62,158 nucleotides of DNA, filler included, from Chiloscyllium plagiosum (GCF_004010195.1; 3 parts of one record of this genome joined end to end with filler, not necessarily neighbours in it), one strand, 5' to 3'. Counted from the whole stretch's first letter, positions 26,116 through 37,592 are shown. The notes: a model not told the origin generated them from the letters alone. Made by a program: numbers and translations.

Positions 26116-26929
26116 TTTTAACTACAACTGGCAACCAGTCTTTGAATGGCAATTGAAATAAATTCAATAAGCAAATGCACTACATAATGGGACACGCAAT
26201 AGTGGAGAAGAGGATAAGCTTTTAGTTTCTCTTCTGAACATGCCAATTCTAGATTTTGTGGGTGCCAGTTTTCTCCTGTTCCCCTACTGGATTAAATCGA
26301 TTTTTTGGCACAAGAATCGTTTTGCAAACATATCAGAGGCTGCCCTGTACTTACTGATGATCACACAAATTTCAGAGATTAAATGGCTGATGTGGCCTTC
26401 TTTTCAACTTTGTATTCTCCCAGCTCAGAAAGGTTGAGAAATAAAGAATCACTGAAAACAACCCATCATTTTCAATGGCCCTAATTTAGGTAAACAATAC
26501 AGAGGAGGCAAAAATAATAATAATAATGGGATTGGAAATTCAGCTCAAGTAGGGAAACTATTTTTAAAAACAGAAGTATTTTGGAAAAATCACTACAGTT
26601 CACTGCTAAATAGTTTGAACCAAAAGCAAACTCAGTATAATGCACATTATCTAACAGTGGCAGCTAGCTGGCAGGTGGAGATGAAATTCAGGCAGTCAAA
26701 AGCTGCCAGCTGGCAAACAGGAGAAGGCTCACAAATATGCAAGTCAGTCATGGGAAGGTAGAGGACGTCCTTCAGGACAAGCCAGCCAAATCATGATTCT
26801 CAACTCCCATTAAGTGGAAAGTTTGCAAAAGAGAATCCCCACAGCTTCCCCACTCCGACCCCTTGTGCATTTTAAGTGGAGTTCCTTCTACTAAAGTATA
26901 CTCACCATTTGCTTTAAACAGGAGCAGGA

Positions 26930-27150
26930 GCAGAAAGTGAGGTCTGCAGATGCTGGAGATCAGAGCTGAAAATGTGTTGCTGGAAAAGCGCAGCAGGTCA
27001 GGCAGCATCCAGGGAACAGGAGAATCGACGTTTCGGGCATAAGCCCTTCTTCAGCCCTTCCTGAAGAAGGGCTTATGCCCGAAACATCGATTCTCCTGTT
27101 CCCTGGATGCTGCCTGACCTGCTGCGCTTTTCCAGCAACACATTTTCAGC
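26930..27150. mobile_element. Palindromic PLE family-A element with back-to-back hammerhead cores
   Basis: ...gacgtttcgggcataagcccttcttcag-cccttc-ctgaagaagggcttatgcccgaaacatc... within ~90-bp inverted arms. Confidence 0.88.
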
Positions 27151-27229
27151 ATTATCCATCTGCAGAGTTTCCCAATTTTGTCAATACTGAGAAGAAAATA
27201 GATATGAACAATGGCAGATATTTGAGCCA

Positions 27230-28105
27230 ATAGCTTATGATCTCAATAAAGGTATATTCCAGTGAGGAATAAGAATTCTACAAAGGGGTAAACCAACCAT
27301 GGTTAACTGGGGAAGTTAAGTAAGACATACATATATACTTACAATGTGGCAAAGATTAATTGTGAGATTGGGCAAAACTTTAAAAACAAATAAAAAGGGG
27401 TGAAATAAAATCAGAGACTTTAAAGTATATATTAAATAAAAAGGGCAAAGTGAACATAGACTCCTTAAAGAAGAGGCTGGGGAAACAGGAAAGGAAAAAA
27501 TAAAATGACAGGAGCTGAACAAATATTTTGCATCAATATACATTCCAAATAACATTCCAAAAATACAAGGAAGCATTTTCAGGATGGTGGTCTGTAACCA
27601 GTGTAGTGCCACATGGACCAGTGCTGGGGCTACAATTATTTACAATATATTAACGATCTGGATAAAGGAAAGGAGTGCCAAATTTGCAAATGACACAAAT
27701 AGGTGAATGGTCAGTGGTATAGGTGACACGAGTCTGCAGAGGGATATGAACAGGTTACGTGAATGTGCAAAACTTTGGCAGACTGAATACAATATGGGAA
27801 AATGTGAGATCATGCACTCTACCATAAAGAGTAGAGGCATGAATATTATTTGAATTGAGAAAGCTGCAGCAGAGGCAATTGGGATTCCTCAGATCACAAA
27901 AAGCTAACATCCAAGTTGAGCAGGTAATAAAAGGTTGGCAGTTAGCCTTCATTTTTATAAGGAATGGAGCATAAAAAAAAGGAAAGTCTTGCTAAAGCTG
28001 TTCAACATTATACCAGAGCTGGCTTGGACTGTGAACAGCTCTGGTCTGCTTATCTAGGGGAAGGGATACTGGCATTGGAGACAGACAAGGTCGATTCCAG
28101 GTATG
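27230..28105 (+). mobile_element. Degenerate CR1 ORF2 fragment
   Basis: tattttgcatca, ggaccagtgctgggg, aaatttgcaaatgacacaaa (KFANDT) motifs. Confidence 0.7.
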
Positions 28106-28135
28106 AAGTAATTATCATTTTAAAAATAAGAGTTT

Positions 28136-29693
28136 GGGGGGGATCTAAGATGGCGGCGATCTGAGAAGATCACACTGCAGAGCTTCGCATTGCAGCAGGA
28201 GCAGGATGGTCCTTTAACCCATCCAACCCAGGTCATCAGGATTTCTTGGGGCATTGGAAAGATTGTGGAGCCCAAAGAAACATTTAAAAATCGACTTACC
28301 TGTATTTTCAGCTGTCCAGAAATGCCTAAAAAGGGAAGAGGAGCATCTGAGGCCGGGCCTGCAGCTCAGCCTGCAGCAGCCTCGGAGCTGATTACCTGGC
28401 GAACCAACTCTCGAAATCTTGTGAGATGTTTGGGAAACAGATTGAAGAGAAGCTGGCTCCAGTCTCTCTCATGCTGCAGAAGCATGAACAGCAGCTGGGA
28501 GACCTGGAGAAAAGGATGAATGAGGTGGAGCACAGGGTCACAGTGGTGGAAGCTGATGCCCGTTCATTCAAGGAAGAGATCCAAGCCCTGAAGACGCAGG
28601 TTCATAATTTGCGTGACAAAGTGGATGATCTTGAAAACAGGGGCAGGAGAAAAAACATTCGGATCATCGGTCTGCCTGAGGGTAAGGAAGGTGAGCAGCC
28701 TGCAGAATTTGTTGAAGATTGGCTTCCGAAATTCCTTGACTTGGAGACTGGCATGAGAGGATTGAAGATAGAGAGGGCTCACCGGGTCGTAGCGCGGAGC
28801 TTGGGTCTGGGTCAACGCCCTCGTCCTTTCCTGGTGCGGTTCCATCATTACTGGGATAAGGAGAGAGTCATGGAGGCTTCCAGACTCCAGGGGAAGGATC
28901 CAAAGGCCCTCATTTACGAGGGCTCTAAGATCATGATTTTTCAGGACTATTCAGAGGCGGTGATCCAGAAACGAAAATCGTATGATGGTGTCAAGAGAAG
29001 ATTGAAGGAGCTTGAGATTCAGTACTCCCTGAGATATCCGGCATTGCTTCGGATCACCTTAGATGCATCTCTTTGACACATCGGAGAAGGCAAGAGACTT
29101 TGTGGACAAACTAACCTAATTTAAACAATTGTAGTATGCATAAATATTGTTGCTTGGGTATGCCTTTATCTTTCTGTAAAAGAAATGGAAGAAATCCGGT
29201 TGGAGCTTTGTTTTTTCCCCTTTTTTTCCCTCTATTGATAATAATTTGGTTCAAATTATGTCTGGCGGTGGTTAAGATGTACATTTTAAATTTCTAAGTT
29301 AGGACATACCAAAGGATGGGTGGGGTATTTATTCTCCTTTTTTTTATAAAAGAATGTTTTTTTATTCATATTGATATTCTATGGGGTGTTTATTCTTTTT
29401 AGCTTGTGCTTGCGATGCGGCTCTAGCTGCGAGAAGTGAAGGTGGTTGAGATGGTTAGATGCCTATTTATGGGCAGTTTGGGCTGGGTAGTTGCCCCCTC
29501 CGGGCAGGGGGTGAGTTCCCCTACTCAGCACTATTGGTGCTTTATATGTTGATTTGTTTTCTGGTTTTTGTTGTTTTTTATTTTTAATAATTTTGTATGT
29601 TTGTTAAATGTAGTGGTTTTAGTTTATGAAGTTTTTATATTTGGTGGACTATGCAACACTAAGGCTCAGCAATTTGTGGTTTGGGTTCCTCCT
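28136..29693 (+). mobile_element. L1-clade LINE 5' part (5'UTR, ORF1, T-rich inter-ORF region), cut by an assembly gap
   Basis: 5' end GGGGGGGATCTAAGATGGCGG, followed by an L1 ORF1p-like frame. Confidence 0.88.
28322..29119 (+). pseudogene. L1 ORF1p (coiled coil, RRM, CTD) with two frameshifts
   Basis: MPKKGRG...; DLENRGRRKNIRIIGLPEG; IERAHR; RPRPFLVRF; IFQDYS. The C-terminal FDTSEKARDFVDKLT* lies in another frame. Confidence 0.9.
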
Positions 29694-29737
29694 NNNNNNN
29701 NNNNNNNNNNNNNNNNNNNNNNNNNNNNNNNNNNNNN

Positions 29738-29749
29738 TTAATTAATTAA
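29738..29749. other. Assembly spacer TTAATTAATTAA flanked by 44 N on each side
   Basis: An identical 100-bp construct occurs at 50038-50137. It is a six-frame-stop linker, not biological sequence. Confidence 0.9.
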
Positions 29750-29793
29750 NNNNNNNNNNNNNNNNNNNNNNNNNNNNNNNNNNNNNNNNNNNN

Positions 29794-30858
29794 GGTGATA
29801 GGTCGGAGTTGGATGGAGGCGGAGAGGTCAAGAAGAAGACTGCAGGTCAGGAAGGCGTTGCCGGGCTGGAGGGATTCGGCTGAGACAAGGTGGGGGGAGG
29901 GGGGATGAAGAAACTGGTGAAGTCCAAGTTCATCCCCTGTGGTTGGAGGGTTCCCAGTCGGAAGATAAGACGCTCCTCCTCCGACCGTCGGGTTGTTGTG
30001 GTTTGGCGGTGGATGAGTCCAATGACCTGCATATCCTCGGTGGAGTGGGAGGGGGAGTTGAAATGCTGTGCTACAGGTTGGTTGGGTTGGTTCGTCCGGG
30101 TGGCCCAGAGGTGCTCTCTGAATCGCTCCGCAAGTAGGCGGCCTGTCTCCCCAATATAGATGAGGCCACACCGGCTGCAGCGGATGCAGTAGATGATGGT
30201 GGAGGTGCAGGTGAATCTGTGGCGGATATGGAAGTTTCCTTTGCTGCAGCCGGTGTGGCCTCCTCTATATTGGGGAGACAGGCCGCCTACTTGCGGAGCG
30301 ATTCAGGGAGCACCTCTGGGCCACCCGGGCGAACCAACCCAATCACCCTGTAGCACAGCATTTCAACTCCCCCTCCCACTCCACCGAGGATATGCAGGTC
30401 ATTGGACTCATCCACCGCCAAACCACAACAATGCGACGGTCGGAGGAGGAGCGTCTTTTCTTCCGACTGGGAGCCCTCCAACCGCAGGGGATGAACTTGG
30501 ACTTCACCAGTTTCTTCATCCCCCCTCCCCCCACCTTGTCTCAGCCGTATCCCTCCAGCCCGGCACCGCCTTCCTGACCTGCAGTCTTCTTCTTGACCTC
30601 TCCGCCTCCACCCTACTCCGACCTATCACCCTCACCTTGACCTCTTTCCACCTATCACATTTCCAACTCCCCTCCTCCAACTCCCTCCTCCCTACCTTTT
30701 ATCTTCTCCTGCTGAACACTCTCTGCTCATTCCTGAAGAAGGGCCTGTGCCCGAAACGTCGAATCTCCTGTTCCCTGGATGCTGCCTGACCTGCTGTGCT
30801 GTTCCAGCAATAAAGTTTCAACTTTGATCTCCAGCATCTGCAGACCTCACTTTCTCCT
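29794..30858. mobile_element. Penelope-like element 3' end in inverted arrangement (GIY-YIG C-terminus and pLTR, family A)
   Basis: Plus arm reads CSRCGLLYIGETGRLLAERFREHL...HFNSPSH...EEERLFFRLGALQPQGMN. Minus arm (29794-30233) is the same region extending to FTCTSTIIYCIRC. Confidence 0.92.
30729..30764 (+). ncRNA. Minimal type-I hammerhead ribozyme, family A
   Basis: ATTC-CTGAAGA-A-GGGC(CTGT)GCCC-GAAA-C-GTC-GAAT. Helix I is ATTC/GAAT; palindromic ACGT; predicted cleavage after C30760. Confidence 0.82.
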
Positions 30859-30866
30859 CTTCTGAC

Positions 30867-31040
30867 AAACCAATATAAATGCCGGAGGAAAGATCACAGA
30901 AGTGCTTCACAGGAGGCTCCCAAGCACTGAGGATGTCACCTAGACAGGGGACGAAACGTCTGCAACACAAATTCCCAGCTCGGCGAACAGAACCACAACA
31001 ATGAGCACCCGAGCTACAAATCTTCTCACAGACTTTGAAC
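30867..31040 (+). mobile_element. PLE family-C pLTR
   Basis: Nearly identical to 50440-50566, which follows a GIY-YIG frame. Flanked by cttctgac at 30859-30866 and 31040-31047. Confidence 0.85.
30924..30963 (+). ncRNA. Minimal type-I hammerhead ribozyme, family C
   Basis: GCA-CTGAGGA-T-GTCACC(TAGACA)GGGGAC-GAAA-C-GTC-TGC. Helix I is GCA/TGC. Confidence 0.8.
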
Positions 31041-31129
31041 TTCTGACTTGTTCACCCCAGTTCAACACCGGCACCTCCACATCATAACCAGAAGCTTAGG
31101 AATCCTTTCAGAATCAGCAATCAGTCTAA

Positions 31130-31610
31130 AATGCTAAACAAAAAGGGACAAAATTATTATTGAAAGTAAATTGGTACAAATTTTAAAAACAAACAGCAAA
31201 AGCTTCTACGAGTATATATAAGTAGAATAACTAATTGAAGTATGGAACCTATACAAGTTGTGACTGGGGAATTAGGGGAGCAGCAGATAATTTAAAGCAA
31301 TATTTTGCATCAGTCTTCACATTGAGAACACTGTAAACATCCCAAAGATAACAGCATAGCAAGGTTATGATGGGAGGAAATGTATTATAACAGTCTCTAT
31401 CATGAGGACGAAAACATTTGATAAATAGATGGGACTAAAGGCAGACAAATTACAAGGACCTGATGCAAGGGTTTTAAAGGAAGTGGCTGCAGAAATAGTG
31501 GAGGCATTGAGCTGAGATCTGGGACAGATCAGTGATGTGTTTATAGAATGGTGAGGCAGGTTTGAGGGGATGAATGGTCTATTCCTGCAACTATCTATTA
31601 AGTTCTTATG
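31130..31610 (+). mobile_element. Degenerate CR1 ORF2 fragment
   Basis: tattttgcatcagtcttcac (YFASVF) and ggacctgatg...agggttttaaaggaagtggc motifs. Confidence 0.7.
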
Positions 31611-31699
31611 TTACCTGCTTCAAATATGCATGAGACACTCGGATAATCAGGGAGCACACACTGGAAAAGCACATGAAGAGAGGTTCTAAACTAGGAATG

Positions 31700-33220
31700 G
31701 ATGACAGAGAACTTTGGGGAAGAAATTACTGAACTTGAGGTGCAGGCAGATGGAGGTGTAACTGCTAATGGTGTATATAATATTTAAAATTGGGAATATA
31801 CTAAAGGTCAAGTTTGGAGAAGCACAGATATCTCAGGCTGTTAAAGGAAGGAAAAGTATTTGGGAAATGTAAAAATACAAATGGCATTTTTTTAAAAATG
31901 AGGGTCTGCAGGATCAGGAGCCATTGTAAAGTTGTGAGGCAGTTATTGTTTTCAATCTTCTCAAAATGTAGCTTGTTATCCAAGAATAAATGTTGACAAA
32001 GTAGATAGGAATGAGTGAACCTTGTTGTTGTGTTGTGGGTCTACAACTTTTGGAACTGATTTGACACTTCCCAAATTCATTCTGTAAGGGTCATTTAAAG
32101 GGATGATGTATAAATGATTCTTTGCACCAGTACAGTCTGCAGAGGTTGCAATAAGCTCAATGTTATAGAGAGTAAACCAAGCGAGGGTGGAGACGTAAAA
32201 TACTGTGAAGGTAGAAATAGGTGGTCATATTCATGGAGCAGATATCTGATTGAAAACTGATCTCAGTGTCAAAGAGGCTCTCATGTTTACAAATGGTCTG
32301 GTTCAGCCCCAGAGGGTGCCCAGGAAGAAGGAAGGAGTCTGCAACTAGGAATTGGATCAAAGCCATTGCATTCGGTTTCCTAATATTTCAGAATTGGATG
32401 TTGGACAAGCAGAAAGGTGATGGAGACCTCTGTGTAATTGGTGTATATTTGGAAACATGAGTTGCAATTTCAGTTGATGTCACTGAAGAGCACGAAAAGT
32501 AGGAGAGGACTAAGGATAGATGTTTGAGGAATTTCAGGACTAACTGTTCAACAATTAGCAGGCAGGGGATGGCCTGGTGCTATTATCGCTGGACTGTTAT
32601 TCCAGAGACCCAGGTAATTCACTGGGGATCAGGGGTTCAAATCCTGCAATGGTAGATGGTGGAATTTGAATTCAGTAAAAACAAAGGGAAGCTAGGAATC
32701 TAATGGTATGCAAGAACCATTGTTGACTGTCAGGAAAAACCCAGCTGGTTCACTAATTCGTGGGTTTCCTCCGGGTGCTCTGGTTTCCTCCACAGTCCAC
32801 AGATGTGCAGGTCAGGTGAATTGGCCATGCTAAATTGTCCATAGTGTTAGGTGCATTAGTCTGGGGGAAATGGGTCTGGGTGGGTTATTCTTCTGAGGGT
32901 CGGTGTGGACTGGTTGGGCCGAAGGGCCTGTTTCCACACTGTAGGGAGTCTAATCTAATTTAATCTAAACTAATCTAATTCCTTTAGGGAAGGAAACTGC
33001 CATTCTTACTTGATGTGGCCAACATGTGACACTTAATTGCCCTCTGGGCCATATGGCCCCTAAACTCTGCTCTAACACATCTGATTCTGTGGCTTGCCCA
33101 GATAGATAAGAATGAAATCTGGTGAGGGCAGTCCTAGTCTACCGGATGATTGAGGAAGTGCTGGAGGGTGATTGTGTGGTCAACTGTGTCAAATTCTATA
33201 GACGGACAGGAAGGATAAAA
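31700..33220 (-). mobile_element. Old L2-like LINE remnant hosting nested SINEs
   Basis: tgtggtcaactgtgtcaaa reads FDTVDH (L2 RT motif) on the minus strand near 33190. Confidence 0.5.
32565..33050 (+). mobile_element. tRNA-derived SINE with MetaSINE/MER131-like core, interrupted by an HE1 3' half (32759-32978)
   Basis: ggggttcaaatcc B box; ctggttcactaat[HE1]tcctttagggaaggaaactgcc...tgtgacacttaattgccctctg. A second copy lies at ~54770-55000. Confidence 0.6.
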
Positions 33221-34740
33221 TAAAAATACATCAATTGACACTGTGTTGGCAATTGTCTCTCACAAAGTAAACAGGAGGATAGTATCACATAGACACTGCT
33301 TTTCTAAATTTATTGTTCAGTCATGTTAGACACATATCCATATCTTGCACAGAACTCAAGCTTTGTTTGATGCCTCTATAGGATGCAAAGACATTTTCAA
33401 TTTCTAACCACATACTTAAACTGAAGAGCAAAACTTGAAAACAATTATTTAGAAATTTTGTGAAATGATTTTCCAAATGTATGTACTATTTTTGAATTAT
33501 GCAATTTCTACTCATTTCAATGAAGCTTGTATATAATTACTTCAACAGATAAGTGATAATTAAGTTGACCTTAAATCCTGTTAAGTTTTAAAACAAGATT
33601 TCTTTATTTGGTGTTAAATACCTCATTATTTCGCATTTGATCTTATTAGAGCCAAACCTGTTTGTAAATTACCATGAGGTGATCATGCCTACATCTACAC
33701 ATTTGGGCCTGTGTGCTGTTTGTTTGAAAATTGCTTCCTTAGGTTTGGAGAGTGCACTTTTAGTGTTTAAAATTCACACCAATTTGAAACAGGAACGGGA
33801 AACAGTCAAACTGAGAGGAAAGTAAATAGACATACATTTCCATGTCAGGGAAAAAAAACATCAATATAATCTTTTGAGGATGTTTTAACACTTCTGTATC
33901 TTTGTTGATGAAGAGATTGGCAAACTATAGTGTCCAGTCATGCGACATCAGTTCTTCCTGTACTGTGAAAATAATGGAGCCAAAGACAGTAACTGTATAA
34001 ACAAAACTGTCTATGTGTTGAATCACACTTGCAGTTCAAATACTGATGATTCAGTTTAATTCAGGGAAATGTTAAATTCCTTTGTCTGGGATTTGACTTC
34101 CCAATCTGCTTCACTTTATTTTCATTTCTTGTTGTATCGTGCACCTTGTTTTGCAAATGTTCCCTGCAACAGTATTTTGTTGCTTTTTCATTCATTTTCA
34201 TCACCTTGGCTCCACAGAATGCTTCCAGCCTTCCCCTCCCCCAATCAAAAGGTCAACAGTAGTGTTTGGAATAGTCAAGATGCATGTTTCACGCAATTCA
34301 ATGGAGATAGCAGGATTTTATGGTGTGAATCTCTTTAAAGATGCAAGTAAAGGATAAATTAAAGATCTATATCATGGATGCAGCCATTTGCATTTTATAT
34401 TCATGTGCATTGTCACTTTGCTGTGTTATTGGTGTCCTGGGGTTTGATTTTAACTTCCTTTGTTTGCTGTTAATGGGGTGATAATGGATTTATAATGGAA
34501 TACAAACCTTTTGCCCACTAAGCCTATGATGTGGCTCTGGCTATTTTGAAAGGGACCTGGCATTGAGAACCAAGGTAACTTGTTTATTGTAGGTCCATTT
34601 TAATGTATAAACCTGTTAGACGTGGTTAGAATGGATATGTGCTTTCTCTGATCAATTCCACAGAGGTGGAACTGAAGAATCCCAGCCAAAATGAGGGGAG
34701 TTTTAACCTAGAAGAGAATTTAAGTGTCTGTGAGCGTATG

Positions 34741-34952
34741 TTGAAACTTTATTGCTGGAACAGCACAGCAGGTCAGGCAGCATCCAGGGAACAGGAGATT
34801 CGACGTTTCGGGCACAGGCCCTTCTTCAGGAAAGAAGGGCCTGTGCCCGAAACGTCGAATCTCCTGTTCCCTGGATGCTGCCTGACCTGCTGTGCTGTTC
34901 CAGCAATAAAGTTTCAACTTTGATCTCCAGCATCTGCAGACTCACTTTCTCC
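34741..34952. mobile_element. Young palindromic PLE family-A element with perfect 14-bp TSD
   Basis: tctgtgagcgtatg at 34727-34740 and 34953-34966. Arms are essentially perfect inverted repeats, with an intact minus-strand hammerhead at 34799-34832. Confidence 0.92.
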
Positions 34953-35035
34953 TCTGTGAGCGTATGGCGCAGTGGAACGGGGCATGTAAACTATAAACCT
35001 AAACAAATAAATAAAAATGTGGATGCCATTTAGGA

Positions 35036-35385
35036 ATGGCATGGTGGCTCAGTGGTTAGCAGTGCTGCCTCACAGTACCAGGGTCCCAGGTTCAATTCCA
35101 GCCTTGGGTGACTGTCTGTGTGGAGTTTGCACATTCTCCCTGCTCTGGTTTCCTCCCACAGTCCAAAGATGAATTAACCATGCTAAATTGTCCATCGTAT
35201 TAGGTGCATCAGTCAGATGGGTTATTTTTTATATAGATTCTTGTTGTCTAGAGGAATTAAGGGCTACGGGGAGAACGCTGGTAAGTGGAGCTGAAATGCA
35301 CATCAGCCATGATTGAATGGCGGAGTGGACTCGATGGGCCGAATGGCCTTACTTCCACTCCTAGGTCTTATGGTCTTATGGTCTT
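35036..35385 (+). mobile_element. Internally deleted HE1 SINE followed by a CR1 3' tail
   Basis: SINE head at 35036; (gtcttatg)n tail at ~35365-35385. Confidence 0.75.
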
Positions 35386-36549
35386 ACCTGGAATAAAAAC
35401 AGACATTGCTGGAGAAACTCAGCATCTGTGGAGAGAAAACAGAGTAAATATTTCAAATCCAGTGAGCCTTTTTCAATAACATAGACCCATTGGAAGCCAA
35501 GTCCAACCTGCCAGTTTCCATTTTTAAGACACATTTTAGGTTGCTAACTCCCTGGGAAGAAGTTATTAATGTAGAGCTTATTAACATACAGCAAACGCTG
35601 AATTGTAGTGATATTTCAATACGTAGGGCAGAATCAGTCTAAGAATAAGTGGTAAGTCATCCATGTCTGAGATGAGGAAAAATATTCTTCACTCAAGAGA
35701 GTTGTGAACCTGTTGAACCTCTCTCACACAAAGCTGTTGGGATCAGTTTGTTAGATTTATTCAAGAAGAGCTGGATGTGGCTCTTGTGACGAAAGGGATC
35801 AAGGTGTATGGGAGAAAGCAGGAGTGGGATACTGAAATTGGATTCAGCAGGATCATATTGAAAAGTGGTGTAGGGCTGAATGGCCTGGTCCTGCACCTAT
35901 TTTCTAGGTTTCTATATTCCTGTCTGATGGGAGCCTGAATGATGTGGGCTACACAAGAAACATGGCAGAATTATTTGAGCTGTTCAGTGAGGCCTATCGT
36001 GACATCAGGAAGAATCCAATGCATCTTTTAGGTTTCTTGCCGCACAAGTGTCAGATAGTGACCCTCTCCAACAAGACAGAATCTCACCATCACTCTTAAC
36101 ATTCAATGGCATTACCATCTCTAACGTAAGCAGATAAGAATTATGAGCAATTCAGCCCCTAGGGCCTGTAACCCGATTTGATATCATCATGGCTGATCTC
36201 ATCTTTGACTGTGGCTATGAGAGCAAGCGAGGGGCTAGGAATCTTGCAGTGAATAACTCATCTCCTGACTCTCCAAAGCCTGTCCACCATTTATAAGGCA
36301 CATGTCAGGAGTGTGATGGAATGCTCTCCACTTAGCTGTATAACTGCAGCTCCAACAACACTCCAGTGAATTGACACAAGCCAGGACAAAACAGCCTTCT
36401 TGTTTGGCACCACATCCAGAAATATCCATGTTCGCCACCTGTAGAAGCAATGTGCACTACCTACAAGATACACTTCAGAAATTCACCAAGGCTCCTTAGA
36501 CAGCATCTTCCAAACCCGTGACCACTTCATCTAGGAGGACAGTGCAAGG

Positions 36550-36987
36550 ACTGATTGGGGATAGTCATCATGGTATTGTACGTGGGAAATCATGTCTCAC
36601 AAACTTGATTGAGTTTTTTGAGGAAATAACAAAGAGGATTAATGAGGGCAGAGCGGTAGATGTGATCTATATGGACTTCAGTAAAGCGTTCGACAAAGTT
36701 CCCCATGGGAGACTGGTAGGCAAGGTTAGATCTCATGGAATATAGGGAGAACTAGCCATTTGGATACAGAACTGGCTCAAAGGTAGAAGGCAGAGGGTGG
36801 TGGTGGAGGGTTATTTTCCAGACTGGAAGCCTGTGACCAGTGGAGTGCCACAAGGATTGATGCTGGGTCCTCTACTTTTTTTCATTTCAATAAATGATTT
36901 GGATGTGAGTATAAGAAGTAAAGTTAGTAAGTTTGTAGATGACACCAAAATTGCAGGTGTAGTGGATAGCGAAGAGGGTTGCCTCAG
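36550..36987 (+). mobile_element. CR1/HER1 RT fragment running into a gap
   Basis: GKSCLTNLIEFFEE...YMDFSKAFDKVPH...SGVPQG...KFVDDTK. Confidence 0.93.
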
Positions 36988-37487
36988 NNNNNNNNNNNNN
37001 NNNNNNNNNNNNNNNNNNNNNNNNNNNNNNNNNNNNNNNNNNNNNNNNNNNNNNNNNNNNNNNNNNNNNNNNNNNNNNNNNNNNNNNNNNNNNNNNNNNN
37101 NNNNNNNNNNNNNNNNNNNNNNNNNNNNNNNNNNNNNNNNNNNNNNNNNNNNNNNNNNNNNNNNNNNNNNNNNNNNNNNNNNNNNNNNNNNNNNNNNNNN
37201 NNNNNNNNNNNNNNNNNNNNNNNNNNNNNNNNNNNNNNNNNNNNNNNNNNNNNNNNNNNNNNNNNNNNNNNNNNNNNNNNNNNNNNNNNNNNNNNNNNNN
37301 NNNNNNNNNNNNNNNNNNNNNNNNNNNNNNNNNNNNNNNNNNNNNNNNNNNNNNNNNNNNNNNNNNNNNNNNNNNNNNNNNNNNNNNNNNNNNNNNNNNN
37401 NNNNNNNNNNNNNNNNNNNNNNNNNNNNNNNNNNNNNNNNNNNNNNNNNNNNNNNNNNNNNNNNNNNNNNNNNNNNNNNNNNNNNNN

Positions 37488-37592
37488 CACACGCATACAA
37501 ACACACATACACACACGCACACATACACACACACGCACATGTACACACACACATGCATGCACACACACACATACACACGCACACACACACAC
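37488..37592. repeat. Imperfect (CA)n microsatellite
   Basis: Seen directly. Confidence 0.95.

Noticed and set aside
29694..29793. TTAATTAATTAA palindrome between N runs (also 50038-50137)
   Set aside because: Identical 44N+12+44N construct in both places; a scaffolding linker, not biology.
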